Numbered from the stretch's first letter, positions 36,430 through 47,970 are shown. The stretch: DNA of 64,000 nt from Candidatus Magasanikiibacteriota bacterium (GCA_963802255.1 CAWDHY010000001.1:107274-171273), one strand, 5' to 3'. Notes: generated from the sequence alone by a model not told the origin. Program-made: numbers and translations.

Positions 36430-36861
36430 ATGAATAAATTAAAAACAATCCTTATTTGCGGGATGTTATTATTTGGAGGTTTTTTATTTGCCAATCAAGC
36501 GACGGCAAGCCTTTCGGAAATGGAGGGTCAGTTATCGGCGGCCGCAGAGGAAGGCGCCGGTTATAGTTCACCGCAAGACCCGCGCGTTACCATAGCGACA
36601 ATTATCCGCGCCGCTCTTGGGGTGATTGGCATTATTTTTTTAGTACTGACTCTATATGCCGGCGGATTATGGATGATGTCAGGTGGCAATGAAGAACAAA
36701 TTACAAAGGCAAAAAATACCTTAAAAGCATCGATAATAGGTTTAATTATTGTAATTAGCGCTTATTCTATTACAATTTTTATTTCTTATCTGGCTATTGG
36801 CGGAAATCGCGATGCGATAAAAGTTAATCCGCCGTCAAGCCAAAATCAGCCGTTTAATTAA
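36430..36861 (+). CDS. two-TM pilin-like protein, paralog 9
   Basis: ATG at 36430; core LTLYAGGLWMMSGGNEEQITKAKNTL..IGLIIVISAYSITIFI. Confidence 0.6.
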   Translation: MNKLKTILICGMLLFGGFLFANQATASLSEMEGQLSAAAEEGAGYSSPQDPRVTIATIIRAALGVIGIIFLVLTLYAGGLWMMSGGNEEQITKAKNTLKASIIGLIIVISAYSITIFISYLAIGGNRDAIKVNPPSSQNQPFN

Positions 36862-37943
36862 TCGTTAAACGCCAGCCGCAATATTGACTCAGCAGCGTTC
36901 ATTGGAAGAATAGGAGAAGAAAATTTTAATGAACCGTTAAGGGTAAGGTCAATCAAATCAGCAATTTTATTATGGTCGGCTACCAGCCGGCCATAATTAT
37001 TTTTTTCAATAAAGCGGATGTTAGCCTTTTCTTGTCCAGGTATAGGGCTTATCAGCAATAGTGGTTTGCGCAAATGCATGCATTCGGTAATTGTTAATCC
37101 TCCCGGTTTAGTGATTACCAAATCCGCCACAGTCATAAGTTCATCAATGCGTTCAGTAAAATCAATTAAACGATAATTGATATTTTTTGGAGCTATAAGA
37201 CGGTTTAATTTTCCATAAAGGCGCCGGTTATTTTTACCGGAAATTACAATTAAATTAACATTTTTTTTATTTTTAAATATTTTTTTTACCAATGATGCGG
37301 TGTCGGCAAGTCCTGTGCCGCCAGACATAACCAGGATCGTCGGGTATTCGTTTATTAATCCAAAATCCTTTATCGTTTGATTGATATTTTTTTCTTCAAA
37401 AAATTGCGGATGTATGGGAATACCCGTAGCGAAAGCTTGGCGTCCAAGTTTTAAAATTTCTTCCGCAATGCTATTTTCCGGAGTAAAAAAATATCTGATT
37501 TTAGGATCAAGCACAATCCTGTTTAGCTCATAATCAGTAATTAGCATGTCGAGAGGGATGGTCTTGGCAAAAGATTTCAAAAATGGAGAAGCTAAAAAAT
37601 GCGTGCAAATAATCCTGTCCGGACTAAATTGTTTGACAAAGCGATGCAATTTTTTGGTATTTATCTGAAAAATTGAAGAAAAATAATTCAAAAATTTTGC
37701 CGCCATGGCTGAATCCGAACCGTCATAAAGCAAGCCATAAACATCCGGAAGATGCTTCGCTAAAAAATGATAGCTAGAAGCTGTTTTTTTGACTATACCG
37801 TCAGAATAGTCGATTAAATCAATATGACTGGCTTCAATATCCGGGTGGAATTTTACGCAAGTTAAACGCAAAGCTTCAGCAGCGCGTTTGTGTCCGGCGC
37901 CGGCTGAACAGGAAACGAAGAGAATTTTTTTTGGAGTGGCCAT
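36858..37943 (-). CDS. glycosyltransferase of the MGDG-synthase/UgtP (GT28-like) family
   Basis: N-terminus KKILFVSCSAGAGHKRAAEAL matches the MGDG_synth domain; GT-B C-terminal half. Confidence 0.55.
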   Translation of the reverse strand: MATPKKILFVSCSAGAGHKRAAEALRLTCVKFHPDIEASHIDLIDYSDGIVKKTASSYHFLAKHLPDVYGLLYDGSDSAMAAKFLNYFSSIFQINTKKLHRFVKQFSPDRIICTHFLASPFLKSFAKTIPLDMLITDYELNRIVLDPKIRYFFTPENSIAEEILKLGRQAFATGIPIHPQFFEEKNINQTIKDFGLINEYPTILVMSGGTGLADTASLVKKIFKNKKNVNLIVISGKNNRRLYGKLNRLIAPKNINYRLIDFTERIDELMTVADLVITKPGGLTITECMHLRKPLLLISPIPGQEKANIRFIEKNNYGRLVADHNKIADLIDLTLNGSLKFSSPILPMNAAESILRLAFND

Positions 37944-38084
37944 AATGTATAAATTACATTACCAAAAAAGATGTCTCTTGGCAATTTGCTTTGTTAAACC
38001 CGTTTGTCGGTGCGCAGATCATAGTTCATTTCCCGGTGAAATAAAAAAACAAGCCCAGGCATAAAGCCGGAACTTATTTTTTAG

Positions 38085-38156
38085 GGCGACTACTGGGAAT
38101 TGAACCCAGGTATCTGGTGCCACAAACCGGTGTTCTACCATTGAACTATAGCCGCC
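38085..38156 (-). tRNA. tRNA-His (anticodon GTG) with encoded G-1
   Basis: extra 5' G opposite the discriminator C; anticodon loop UUGUGGC; T-loop TTCAATT. Confidence 0.85.
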
Positions 38157-38255
38157 ATGTAATCAAAAAAGGTGAAATGATTATATCAAACTTGTTATCT
38201 TAAAGCAATAATCATTGTGCGGCGCTCAGCGTCTCAATTACAACGCTTAGCGTTG

Positions 38256-38327
38256 TGACCCCGCTAGGAATCGAACCTAGGTCCACAGCTTAGAAGGCTG
38301 TTGTTCTATCCATTGAACTACGGGGCC
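38256..38327 (-). tRNA. tRNA-Arg (anticodon TCT)
   Basis: cloverleaf; anticodon loop CUUCUAA; T-loop TTCGATT. Confidence 0.85.
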
Positions 38328-38411
38328 GATTAAGAAAACATAGCCATTTTAGCATATTTTGCCCGAAAAATCAAGATGAGGTATAATATATACTATTAAT
38401 TGATATTTTAT

Positions 38412-38888
38412 ATGTATAGAATAGTACTACTGATAGTGGCGATAGCCAGTTTGCTATTTATCGGTGTTCAAGTGCAGGCGTCTGGTTTTGGTTTAAAGGA
38501 TACGGCGACAAAAGCCGGTTATGAGACGAGTGGAGAAGCGGCATCTGTCACCGGCCGAATTCAAACTATCGTTTCAGCAATTCTTGGTTTTGTAGCCTTA
38601 TTATTTTTTGGTCTTACTTTGTATGGTGGTTTAACTTGGCTAACCGCGAGAGGCAAGGAAGACAAAATTACTGAAGCTAAAGGCATACTTGAGGCCGCAG
38701 CCATTGGTTTGGTAATAATTGCCGCATCATACGCAATAGCAAATTTCATATTAGGACGGATATCACAATCTGCTGTCGGCTGTTGTAGCTATACTACAGA
38801 AGCAGGTATGGAATTTACAAATATTTCAAAAGAAGAGTGCGACACTCACAGCGGTGATTGGTCTGCCGGAGACTGCGGTGCCATATAG
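38412..38888 (+). CDS. two-TM pilin-like protein, outlying paralog 10, with a Cys-rich tail
   Basis: TATAAT box at 38382; ATG at 38412 (the track TTG is at 38400); core LTLYGGLTWLTARGKEDKITEAKGIL..IGLVIIAASYAIANFIL; tail GCCSYTTEAGMEFTNISKEECDTHSGDWSAGDCGAI. Confidence 0.55.
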   Translation: MYRIVLLIVAIASLLFIGVQVQASGFGLKDTATKAGYETSGEAASVTGRIQTIVSAILGFVALLFFGLTLYGGLTWLTARGKEDKITEAKGILEAAAIGLVIIAASYAIANFILGRISQSAVGCCSYTTEAGMEFTNISKEECDTHSGDWSAGDCGAI

Positions 38889-39006
38889 TATCCCATTGAC
38901 AAATCGCATCATCCCTGCTATCCTGTAAGTACTTAAATAGGGGTTAAAAACCCTCCGAACCGGCAAAGCACATGCCTTTTCTGCGCTCGGTAAATGATAT
39001 GCATGT

Positions 39007-39372
39007 ATGTTAGAAACAAGAAAAAAGCAGACACTTATTAAAAAGTACGCCACTCATGACGGTGATACCGGGTCAAGTGAGGTACAAATCGCTATTTTGA
39101 CAGCGGAAATAGAGGAGTTAATTAGCCACCTAAAGACGCATCCGAAAGATCATTCGTCCAGGCGCGGTCTTTTGCGTAAAGTAAGCTCCCGCCGGCGTTT
39201 AATGAGATATTTGAAAAAGGAAAATCCGGAATCTTATGAAGTGCTTGCGAAGAAATTGAAGATCAAGCAGGCAAGATTGGCGAAAAATCCACGTCAGGCA
39301 GGTGATGAAAATGAAGACGAATCTGTTGTGGACGAAGCAGTAATTGCAAATGAAGATGAAACCCAGTCTTAA
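39007..39372 (+). CDS. rpsO: 30S ribosomal protein S15 with a ~30-aa acidic C-terminal extension
   Basis: S15 core (TGS.EVQIAILT..I..L..H...H.KDHHSRRGLL..V..RR.LL.YL); rpsO-pnp synteny. Confidence 0.85.
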   Translation: MLETRKKQTLIKKYATHDGDTGSSEVQIAILTAEIEELISHLKTHPKDHSSRRGLLRKVSSRRRLMRYLKKENPESYEVLAKKLKIKQARLAKNPRQAGDENEDESVVDEAVIANEDETQS

Positions 39373-39922
39373 TAAAAAGATAAGCTCGCTTAAGCACCCC
39401 GATCAAAGAGTTGGGGTGTTTATTGATGTTCAAAACATGTACTACAGCGCGAAAAATCTTTTTAGTTCAAAAGTTAATTTCGGTAATATTTTGAAAGAGG
39501 CTGTTGCTGGCAGAAAATTAATAAGAGCTATCGCCTATGTAGTACGGACTGAAACAAAGGAAGAGCAGCCATTTTTTGACGCACTAAACAATCTGGGTAT
39601 GGAAACCAAAGAGCGCCCGCTTCAAATCTTTTGGGGTGGAGAGAAAAAAGCTGATTGGGATGTCGGCCTGACCGTCGATGCCATTCGTCTATCAAACAGC
39701 CTAGATGCGATTGTATTGGTCTCCGGCGATGGGGATTTTTTGCCATTGATTGAATATCTGAAATATAATCAAGGCAAACAGGTTGAAGTGATGGCCTTCG
39801 GGGAAACCTCATCCGGTAAATTGCGGGATGTGGTAGATAATTTTACTGATTTAAGCGCAGATAAGGGTAAGTATTTGATTCAAGACAGAAGGTATCCGAG
39901 AGCAACCGCTAAGCCGAGATAA
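39344..39922 (+). CDS. NYN-domain (LabA-like) putative ribonuclease
   Basis: motifs VGVFIDVQN and LVSGDGDF are typical of the NYN/PIN-like fold; the start may be an internal Met (39350/39356), since the track ORF overlaps the rpsO tail. Confidence 0.55.
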   Translation: MQMKMKPSLNKKISSLKHPDQRVGVFIDVQNMYYSAKNLFSSKVNFGNILKEAVAGRKLIRAIAYVVRTETKEEQPFFDALNNLGMETKERPLQIFWGGEKKADWDVGLTVDAIRLSNSLDAIVLVSGDGDFLPLIEYLKYNQGKQVEVMAFGETSSGKLRDVVDNFTDLSADKGKYLIQDRRYPRATAKPR

Positions 39923-40019
39923 TTAATTTATTATTTATTAATGAAGCTGGTACGCGGACAGATAGACTCTTCGCAAGAGGTGTCTGCAGCTCGCGAGTCA
40001 GCTTCGGAAAGGCATTCAT

Positions 40020-42248
40020 ATGAATGTAAAAAATTGGTCCATGGAATGGGGTGGCCGCACTTTATCTGTGGAGACTGGAAAGCTTGCTTTATTAACACAA
40101 GCTTCTTGTACAGTACGCTATGGTGATACTGTTATTTTAGCAACTGCAGCTATGAGTAAGACGACCCGTGATGGGATAGATTTTTTTCCTCTGATGGTAA
40201 ATTTTGAGGAAAAACTTTATGCTGCAGGAAGAATTAAGGGTAGTCGTTTCATCAAACGTGAGGGACGTCCAAGTGAAGAGGCAACTTTATCCGGACGGAT
40301 GGTTGATCGGGCTATCAGACCTTTATTTGATAGTGATATGCGTAATGAAGTGCAGGTTATTTTAACTGCTCTATCATGGGATGGTGAAAATGATGCTCAA
40401 GTACCGGCTTTTGTCGCCACATCAATTGCATTAGCTATATCAGAAATTCCATGGAATGGCCCAATTTTTGGTGCTCGAGTCGGCAAAGTTGATGGTAATT
40501 TAATCATTAATCCAACCTTTTCTGAACGAAAAGCAGGTACATTAGATGTAGTAGTGGCTGGTACACCGGATAAGGTGGTAATGGTAGAGGCTGAGATGAA
40601 AGAGGTCCCAGAAGATGAGGTAATTTCTGCTATGGAATTTGGTGCCAAGGAATCAGCTAAAGTTTTGGATTTTATCAAAAAAATTCAGGCCGAAATTGGC
40701 CAACCAAAGATAAATTTACACGATAATCTGCCTGAAGATGAAACTAAATTACGTGAGACAGAAAAGCAAGTTAGAGATTTCATCGCGTCTCATGTAGATG
40801 ATTGGATTTTTAATACCCCTAAGGTTAGCCGGAAAGAACGGGTGATTATGGTGGAAAGATTTGAAGAAGCTATTAAGGAAAAATTAGTAGCCGAAGAGAC
40901 TGATGAAAAAATAATGAATATTATTCTCGGACGAGTCAAGATTTATGTGGAAGAATTTATTACCAAAAGAATTTTGGATAAAGATCAACGTCTTGATGGT
41001 AGAAAATTGAATGAAATTCGTGAATTATACATTGAGATCGGTCTTTTACCACGAACTCATGGTACCGGCTTGTTTCAACGTGGTGATACTCAGGTGCTTT
41101 CAGTAGTTACTCTTGGTTCACCTGGTGATGTGCAGACTTTAGATACAATGGAAACGGAAGGAAATAAGCGTTACATGCACCACTACAATGATACTCCGGC
41201 CACTTATGGTGAAACCGGACCTATTCGGGGCCTGGGGAATCGGGCTATCGGACATGGTGCCTTAGCCGAAAGAGCATTAATACCGGTATTACCGGCTGAA
41301 GCAGATTTTCCTTATGCTATTCGTGTCGTTTCTGAAGTTTTTGGTTCCAATGGTTCAAGTTCAATGGCTTCAACTTGTGGTTCATCCCTTGCTTTAATGG
41401 ATGCCGGTGTGCCAATTAAAAAACCAGTCGCCGGTATTGCTATGGGTTTAGCATCTGACAAATCAGGTAATTGGAAAATTTTGACCGACTTACAGGATAT
41501 TGAAGATGGTCCGGGTGGTATGGACTTCAAGATTACTGGTACAGTTGATGGTATTACTGCTATGCAGATGGATACTAAGACTGATGGTTTGAGCTGGGAG
41601 ATTGTCAATCAAACTTTTAAACAGTCTCGCGAAGCCAGATTAAAAATTCTTGAGGCGATGAAAAAAGTTATTGCTGAACCAAAAAAAGAAATGTCGCCGT
41701 ATGCTCCACGCATTGTGACGGTTGTGATTGACCCGGAAAAAATTCGCGATGTCGTTGGTCAGGGCGGTAAAGTAATCAACAAGATTATAGAAGAAACTGG
41801 CGTTCAAATAGATATTGAACAGGATGGTCGGGTGATTATTACTTCAAACAATGCTGAAGGATTACAGAAAGCTGTGAAAATTGTGGAGAACATTACTCAC
41901 GAAGTCGTAGCCGGTGAAGTGTATGATGGTACTGTAGTTCGAATTGAAGATTTTGGTGCTTTTGTGAACATCTTGCCAGGTAAAGACGGGTTAGTTCATG
42001 TGACTGATATGGCTTGGGGATACACTAGTAAACCTAGTGATGTGATAAATATGGGTGATATTGTAAAAGTTGTGGTAAAAGAAATTGACAGTATGGGTCG
42101 GGTTAATCTGAGTATGAAAGCTCTGTTACCAAAACCTGAAGGTTATGTTGAACGACCGCCAATGGAACGTAGAGGTGGATTCAGTGGCGGACGAGGCGGA
42201 GGCGGGCGCGACCGAAAAAGTGGCGGAGGTTTTAGAGGCGGAAGATAA
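40020..42248 (+). CDS. pnp: polynucleotide phosphorylase
   Basis: two RNase PH domains, KH and S1 domains, Gly/Arg-rich C-terminal tail. Confidence 0.95.
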   Translation: MNVKNWSMEWGGRTLSVETGKLALLTQASCTVRYGDTVILATAAMSKTTRDGIDFFPLMVNFEEKLYAAGRIKGSRFIKREGRPSEEATLSGRMVDRAIRPLFDSDMRNEVQVILTALSWDGENDAQVPAFVATSIALAISEIPWNGPIFGARVGKVDGNLIINPTFSERKAGTLDVVVAGTPDKVVMVEAEMKEVPEDEVISAMEFGAKESAKVLDFIKKIQAEIGQPKINLHDNLPEDETKLRETEKQVRDFIASHVDDWIFNTPKVSRKERVIMVERFEEAIKEKLVAEETDEKIMNIILGRVKIYVEEFITKRILDKDQRLDGRKLNEIRELYIEIGLLPRTHGTGLFQRGDTQVLSVVTLGSPGDVQTLDTMETEGNKRYMHHYNDTPATYGETGPIRGLGNRAIGHGALAERALIPVLPAEADFPYAIRVVSEVFGSNGSSSMASTCGSSLALMDAGVPIKKPVAGIAMGLASDKSGNWKILTDLQDIEDGPGGMDFKITGTVDGITAMQMDTKTDGLSWEIVNQTFKQSREARLKILEAMKKVIAEPKKEMSPYAPRIVTVVIDPEKIRDVVGQGGKVINKIIEETGVQIDIEQDGRVIITSNNAEGLQKAVKIVENITHEVVAGEVYDGTVVRIEDFGAFVNILPGKDGLVHVTDMAWGYTSKPSDVINMGDIVKVVVKEIDSMGRVNLSMKALLPKPEGYVERPPMERRGGFSGGRGGGGRDRKSGGGFRGGR

Positions 42249-42258
42249 AAAATGTAAT

Positions 42259-42295
42259 AATACAACGGGCTAACGCCCGTTGTATTGATTTATAG
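42259..42295 (+). terminator. hairpin tacaacgggc-taa-cgcccgttgta followed by TTGATTTAT
   Basis: 11-bp stem after the pnp stop. Confidence 0.5.
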
Positions 42296-42313
42296 AGGAT
42301 TTTGTGTTATATT
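42285..42313 (+). promoter_or_regulatory. candidate promoter for tRNA-Leu(TAG) (TTGATT, 17-nt spacer, TATATT)
   Basis: sequence match; overlaps the 3' side of the pnp terminator. Confidence 0.35.
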
Positions 42314-42322
42314 GTGCTGTAC

Positions 42323-42406
42323 GCCGGGGTGGTGAAATTGGTAGACACGCAGGCCTTAGGAGCCTGTTCCCGCAAGGGATTGGAGGTTCGAGTCCTCTCT
42401 CCGGCA
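42323..42406 (+). tRNA. tRNA-Leu (anticodon TAG)
   Basis: long variable arm; anticodon loop CUUAGGA; T-loop TTCGAGT; acceptor GCCGGGG/CTCCGGC. Confidence 0.85.
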
Positions 42407-42436
42407 CAAAACGAGCCAATAGTTTGGCTCGTTTTT
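42407..42436 (+). terminator. hairpin aacgagcc-aatagtt-tggctcgtt followed by TTTT
   Basis: 9-bp stem plus U-tract right after the tRNA. Confidence 0.55.
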
Positions 42437-42556
42437 AGGACGAGAACGCCGGAGCGATGTTTGACGAACTTGCAGGTGAGGCAAACCGCGAGGCGGTGAC
42501 TAGCCCGAGTAGGCGGAAGCCAACGAGAGGCGAGGTCGAGTCCTCTCCCCGGCACC
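42437..42556 (+). repeat. family-B tRNA-appended structured element, copy 1 (downstream of tRNA-Leu-TAG)
   Basis: shares cores acgccggagcgatgt and accgcgaggcggtg(a/g)ctag with the element at 56351-56506 (minus strand); 3' end ggtcgagtcctctccccggcacca at 42534-42556 copies the tRNA 3' end; 5' end aggac-gagaac resembles an inverted T-arm. Confidence 0.55.
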
Positions 42557-42577
42557 AGTAGCAACTAAATATTTTAT

Positions 42578-42606
42578 AAAAATGGCCGTAATGGTCATTT
42601 TTATTT
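42578..42606 (+). terminator. weak hairpin (atggcc/ggtcat) flanked by A-tracts and T-tracts
   Basis: imperfect stem with TTTTTATTTT downstream. Confidence 0.3.
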
Positions 42607-42710
42607 TGTGAGTCACGGGGACTTGACCTATTCGTTAATTTGTAGTATAGTTTGAGGTTCAAGAAAGTAGAAAGTTGGCTGAAAAACGTTCTTTAACAAA
42701 GGAGAAAGCG

Positions 42711-43268
42711 ATGCAAAAAGCATTATTTTTATTCATATTCGCCATGTTTGTCGGCTGTGGGGCATCTGACCGTTTTGAAGTGATTGATGGTGGTGGTAGT
42801 GATTCTGACTCGGATAACGACACCGACACAGACACCGACACAGACACCGACACAGACACAGACACCGACACAGACACCGACACAGACACCGACACCGAGA
42901 CGGAGACTGAGGCTGATGCTGGCCCTCAGACGTGTGAAACGGCTTCTGACTGCGATGAAGACGAGGTCTGTGGTTATGAAACGCAAACTTGCTATCTGCA
43001 GCCAGAGCCCGGTGCGGACCAGTATTGGTACTGCTGGGATGATGGTCCGGACAGCGAAGGCCCTAGCTGTGACTCCTTTGATTTCGGCGGTTGCGATTAT
43101 TGGTCGCCAGAGGAGTGGCATTGGACCGATGTCCATCCCGCTTGCGGCTCTAACTATCCGCCGCCAGCTTGCCCGACGCATTATCCGACCACTCCAGCCT
43201 GTTGCCTCAAAAACAACGGTGAGGATGAGGACTGCATCGGCCAGGCCTTTTTTCCCCCTATTGTATAG
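42711..43268 (+). CDS. acidic Cys-rich lipoprotein with a (DT)12-(ET)2 repeat; GC-rich and compositionally atypical
   Basis: SD AAGGAG 6 nt upstream of ATG 42711 (the track start is 42675); lipobox FVGC|G; 18 Cys; local GC well above the window background. Confidence 0.55.
   Translation: MQKALFLFIFAMFVGCGASDRFEVIDGGGSDSDSDNDTDTDTDTDTDTDTDTDTDTDTDTDTETETEADAGPQTCETASDCDEDEVCGYETQTCYLQPEPGADQYWYCWDDGPDSEGPSCDSFDFGGCDYWSPEEWHWTDVHPACGSNYPPPACPTHYPTTPACCLKNNGEDEDCIGQAFFPPIV
42819..42902 (+). repeat. hexanucleotide simple-sequence repeat (GACACN)n encoding (DT)12
   Basis: gacaccgacaca... tract inside the lipoprotein gene. Confidence 0.9.
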
Positions 43269-43384
43269 ACCTAGGTCTGCTCTTTCCCTGCCATACGCCC
43301 GGCTATCCATGCCGGGTTTTTTTTCGCTATTTTTGCATATTTATTTGGTTATTATTTATCCACATTTTGTCCCATTTCATGCTC

Positions 43385-43413
43385 TTGACAACTTTTTTAT
43401 ACTCTGTTAATAT
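43385..43413 (+). promoter_or_regulatory. sigma70-like promoter (TTGACA, 17-nt spacer, TAATAT), candidate rRNA promoter
   Basis: -35 at 43385-43390 and -10 at 43408-43413, about 360 nt upstream of the 23S 5' end. Confidence 0.45.
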
Positions 43414-43769
43414 GTGCCTACGATTAAAACCCCTTTGGGGACCACGTCCAATCTCATGGATACAAATCGTATCCGCCTGGACCTCTGGGTAAGACTTTTA
43501 CTCAATTGTAAAAGACAGGTAATGTTAACCATTATCAAACAACTCAAATCTTACTCATAGTATCCAAGCGGTTCAAACTCACAAAAATTGAGTCGCTTGT
43601 CGCGGCTCATTTTTTTATCTCACACTCCGGCCAATATATTGGCAGGAGCAATGAGACAAGAAATGGATTGCACGTTGACAATTTAAATAGTTCAACAAAA
43701 AAAGCAGATTTATATCTGCTGGGTAGAACGCAACAAAACACTGTTTGGTGTTTTCGTTGTGTGCAATTT

Positions 43770-46870
<3,101 letters not shown>

Positions 46871-46957
46871 AAGTAGTGTTTTCTCACAGAATTTTCTGTT
46901 TTACAATTGAACTATATATTAAATCCGACCAGTGTCGGAACGAACTGAGTACAGAGT

Positions 46958-47064
46958 TCAGGTGCCTTAAGCGACAGGGTCACACCCGATCCCATCCCGA
47001 ACTCGGCAGTTAAGCCTGTCAGCGCCGATGATAGCGTGACCCGCAAAAGTAGGCCGGCGCCTGA
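46958..47064 (+). rRNA. rrf: 5S ribosomal RNA
   Basis: helix I tcaggtgcc/ggcgcctga; internal cccatcccgaactcggcagttaagc; flanked by a long processing stem gaactgagtacagagttcagg/cctgaaccttgtactcagtt. Confidence 0.8.
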
Positions 47065-47188
47065 ACCTTGTACTCAGTTTTTTTGTACCTGTACATAAGA
47101 ATAAATGACGCCGGTCGCTTCTAAGATGAATGCTTCATTTTTTAGCAAGAAAATGATAAAATAGACATATAAATTAACCCGCAAATAT

Positions 47189-47848
47189 ATGCGTATTGAG
47201 AAGGGTTTAATTGAGAAGACTGCCGCTTATGTTAAAGCTAAAATGTCAGATGAACATACCGGGCATGACTGGCATCATATTCAGCGCGTCAGGAAAATGG
47301 CGAAGAGGATTCAGGAAAAAGAGGGTGGTGAACGTGATCTGATAGAACTGGCAGCCTTGTTGCACGAGTTGGGAGATTATAAATTACATGAATTCAATAA
47401 AATTAAAGGTTCTTTTGTCTTGCTTGGGATGATGGATGTGCTGGGGATTGAAGACAATTTGAAGGACCGACTTGTGAAGGTTATTGAAGAATCAAAATTT
47501 TTGGGGGACGAAACCGTCAAACCGAGGTCAATTGAAGGATGTATTTTACAGGATGCCGACTGGCTGGATAATATTGGCGCGATAGGCGTGGCCAGAACAT
47601 TTGCGACAGGTGGCAGTATGAAACGCATGATGCACAATCCTTCAAAGAAGCCCAGAGGGCATTTAAGCAAGGCGGATTATCAGTTTAGAAAAAAAGACGG
47701 CACAAGCATTAATTTTTTCTATGAAAAAGTGCTGAAATTACCGGGTATGTTTAATACGGAAACGGCAAAAAAAATTGCCAGGCATCGCGTCAAATTTCTT
47801 GAACAATTTATTAAAGAATTTTTAGCCGAATGGAGCGGCGAAAAATAA
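47189..47848 (+). CDS. HD-domain metal-dependent phosphohydrolase
   Basis: HD motif H..HI.RV..MAK...EKEGG...LIELAALLHELGD. Confidence 0.6.
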   Translation: MRIEKGLIEKTAAYVKAKMSDEHTGHDWHHIQRVRKMAKRIQEKEGGERDLIELAALLHELGDYKLHEFNKIKGSFVLLGMMDVLGIEDNLKDRLVKVIEESKFLGDETVKPRSIEGCILQDADWLDNIGAIGVARTFATGGSMKRMMHNPSKKPRGHLSKADYQFRKKDGTSINFFYEKVLKLPGMFNTETAKKIARHRVKFLEQFIKEFLAEWSGEK

Positions 47849-47849
47849 A

Positions 47850-47893
47850 CCCGGCCTCGGGGCTTGACCCGAGGCATCCGGGCGGATTTTTTA
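47850..47893 (+). terminator. GC-rich hairpin cctcggg-gcttga-cccgagg followed by TTTTTT
   Basis: 7-bp stem nested in an outer ccgg/ccgg stem, then a T-run. Confidence 0.5.
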
Positions 47894-47934
47894 GACAAGG
47901 TGTCGGCTCCGCCGACGAATATCTATACATATTG

Positions 47935-47970
47935 CCCGCTTATCCCGCGACACGTCGCGGGATAAGCGGG
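47935..47970. repeat. 36-nt perfect GC-rich palindrome (cccgcttatcccgcgac-ac-gtcgcgggataagcggg)
   Basis: 17-bp perfect inverted repeat in an AT-rich context; it is the third consecutive GC hairpin between the HD gene and lacD-like gene. Confidence 0.8.

Noticed and set aside
42729-43410. Alternative-frame ORFs over the lipoprotein gene (42729..43310 -, 42784..43410 +, 42659..42895 -)
   Set aside because: They are generated by the GC-rich (GACACN)n repeat, which stays open in all frames. Only the 42711..43268 frame has an SD, a lipobox signal peptide and a coherent Cys-rich domain.
43675-43703. Second TTGACA hexamer in the rRNA leader as a P2 promoter
   Set aside because: No acceptable -10 element follows at 16-18 nt (the spacer is followed by AAAAAA), so it is not called.
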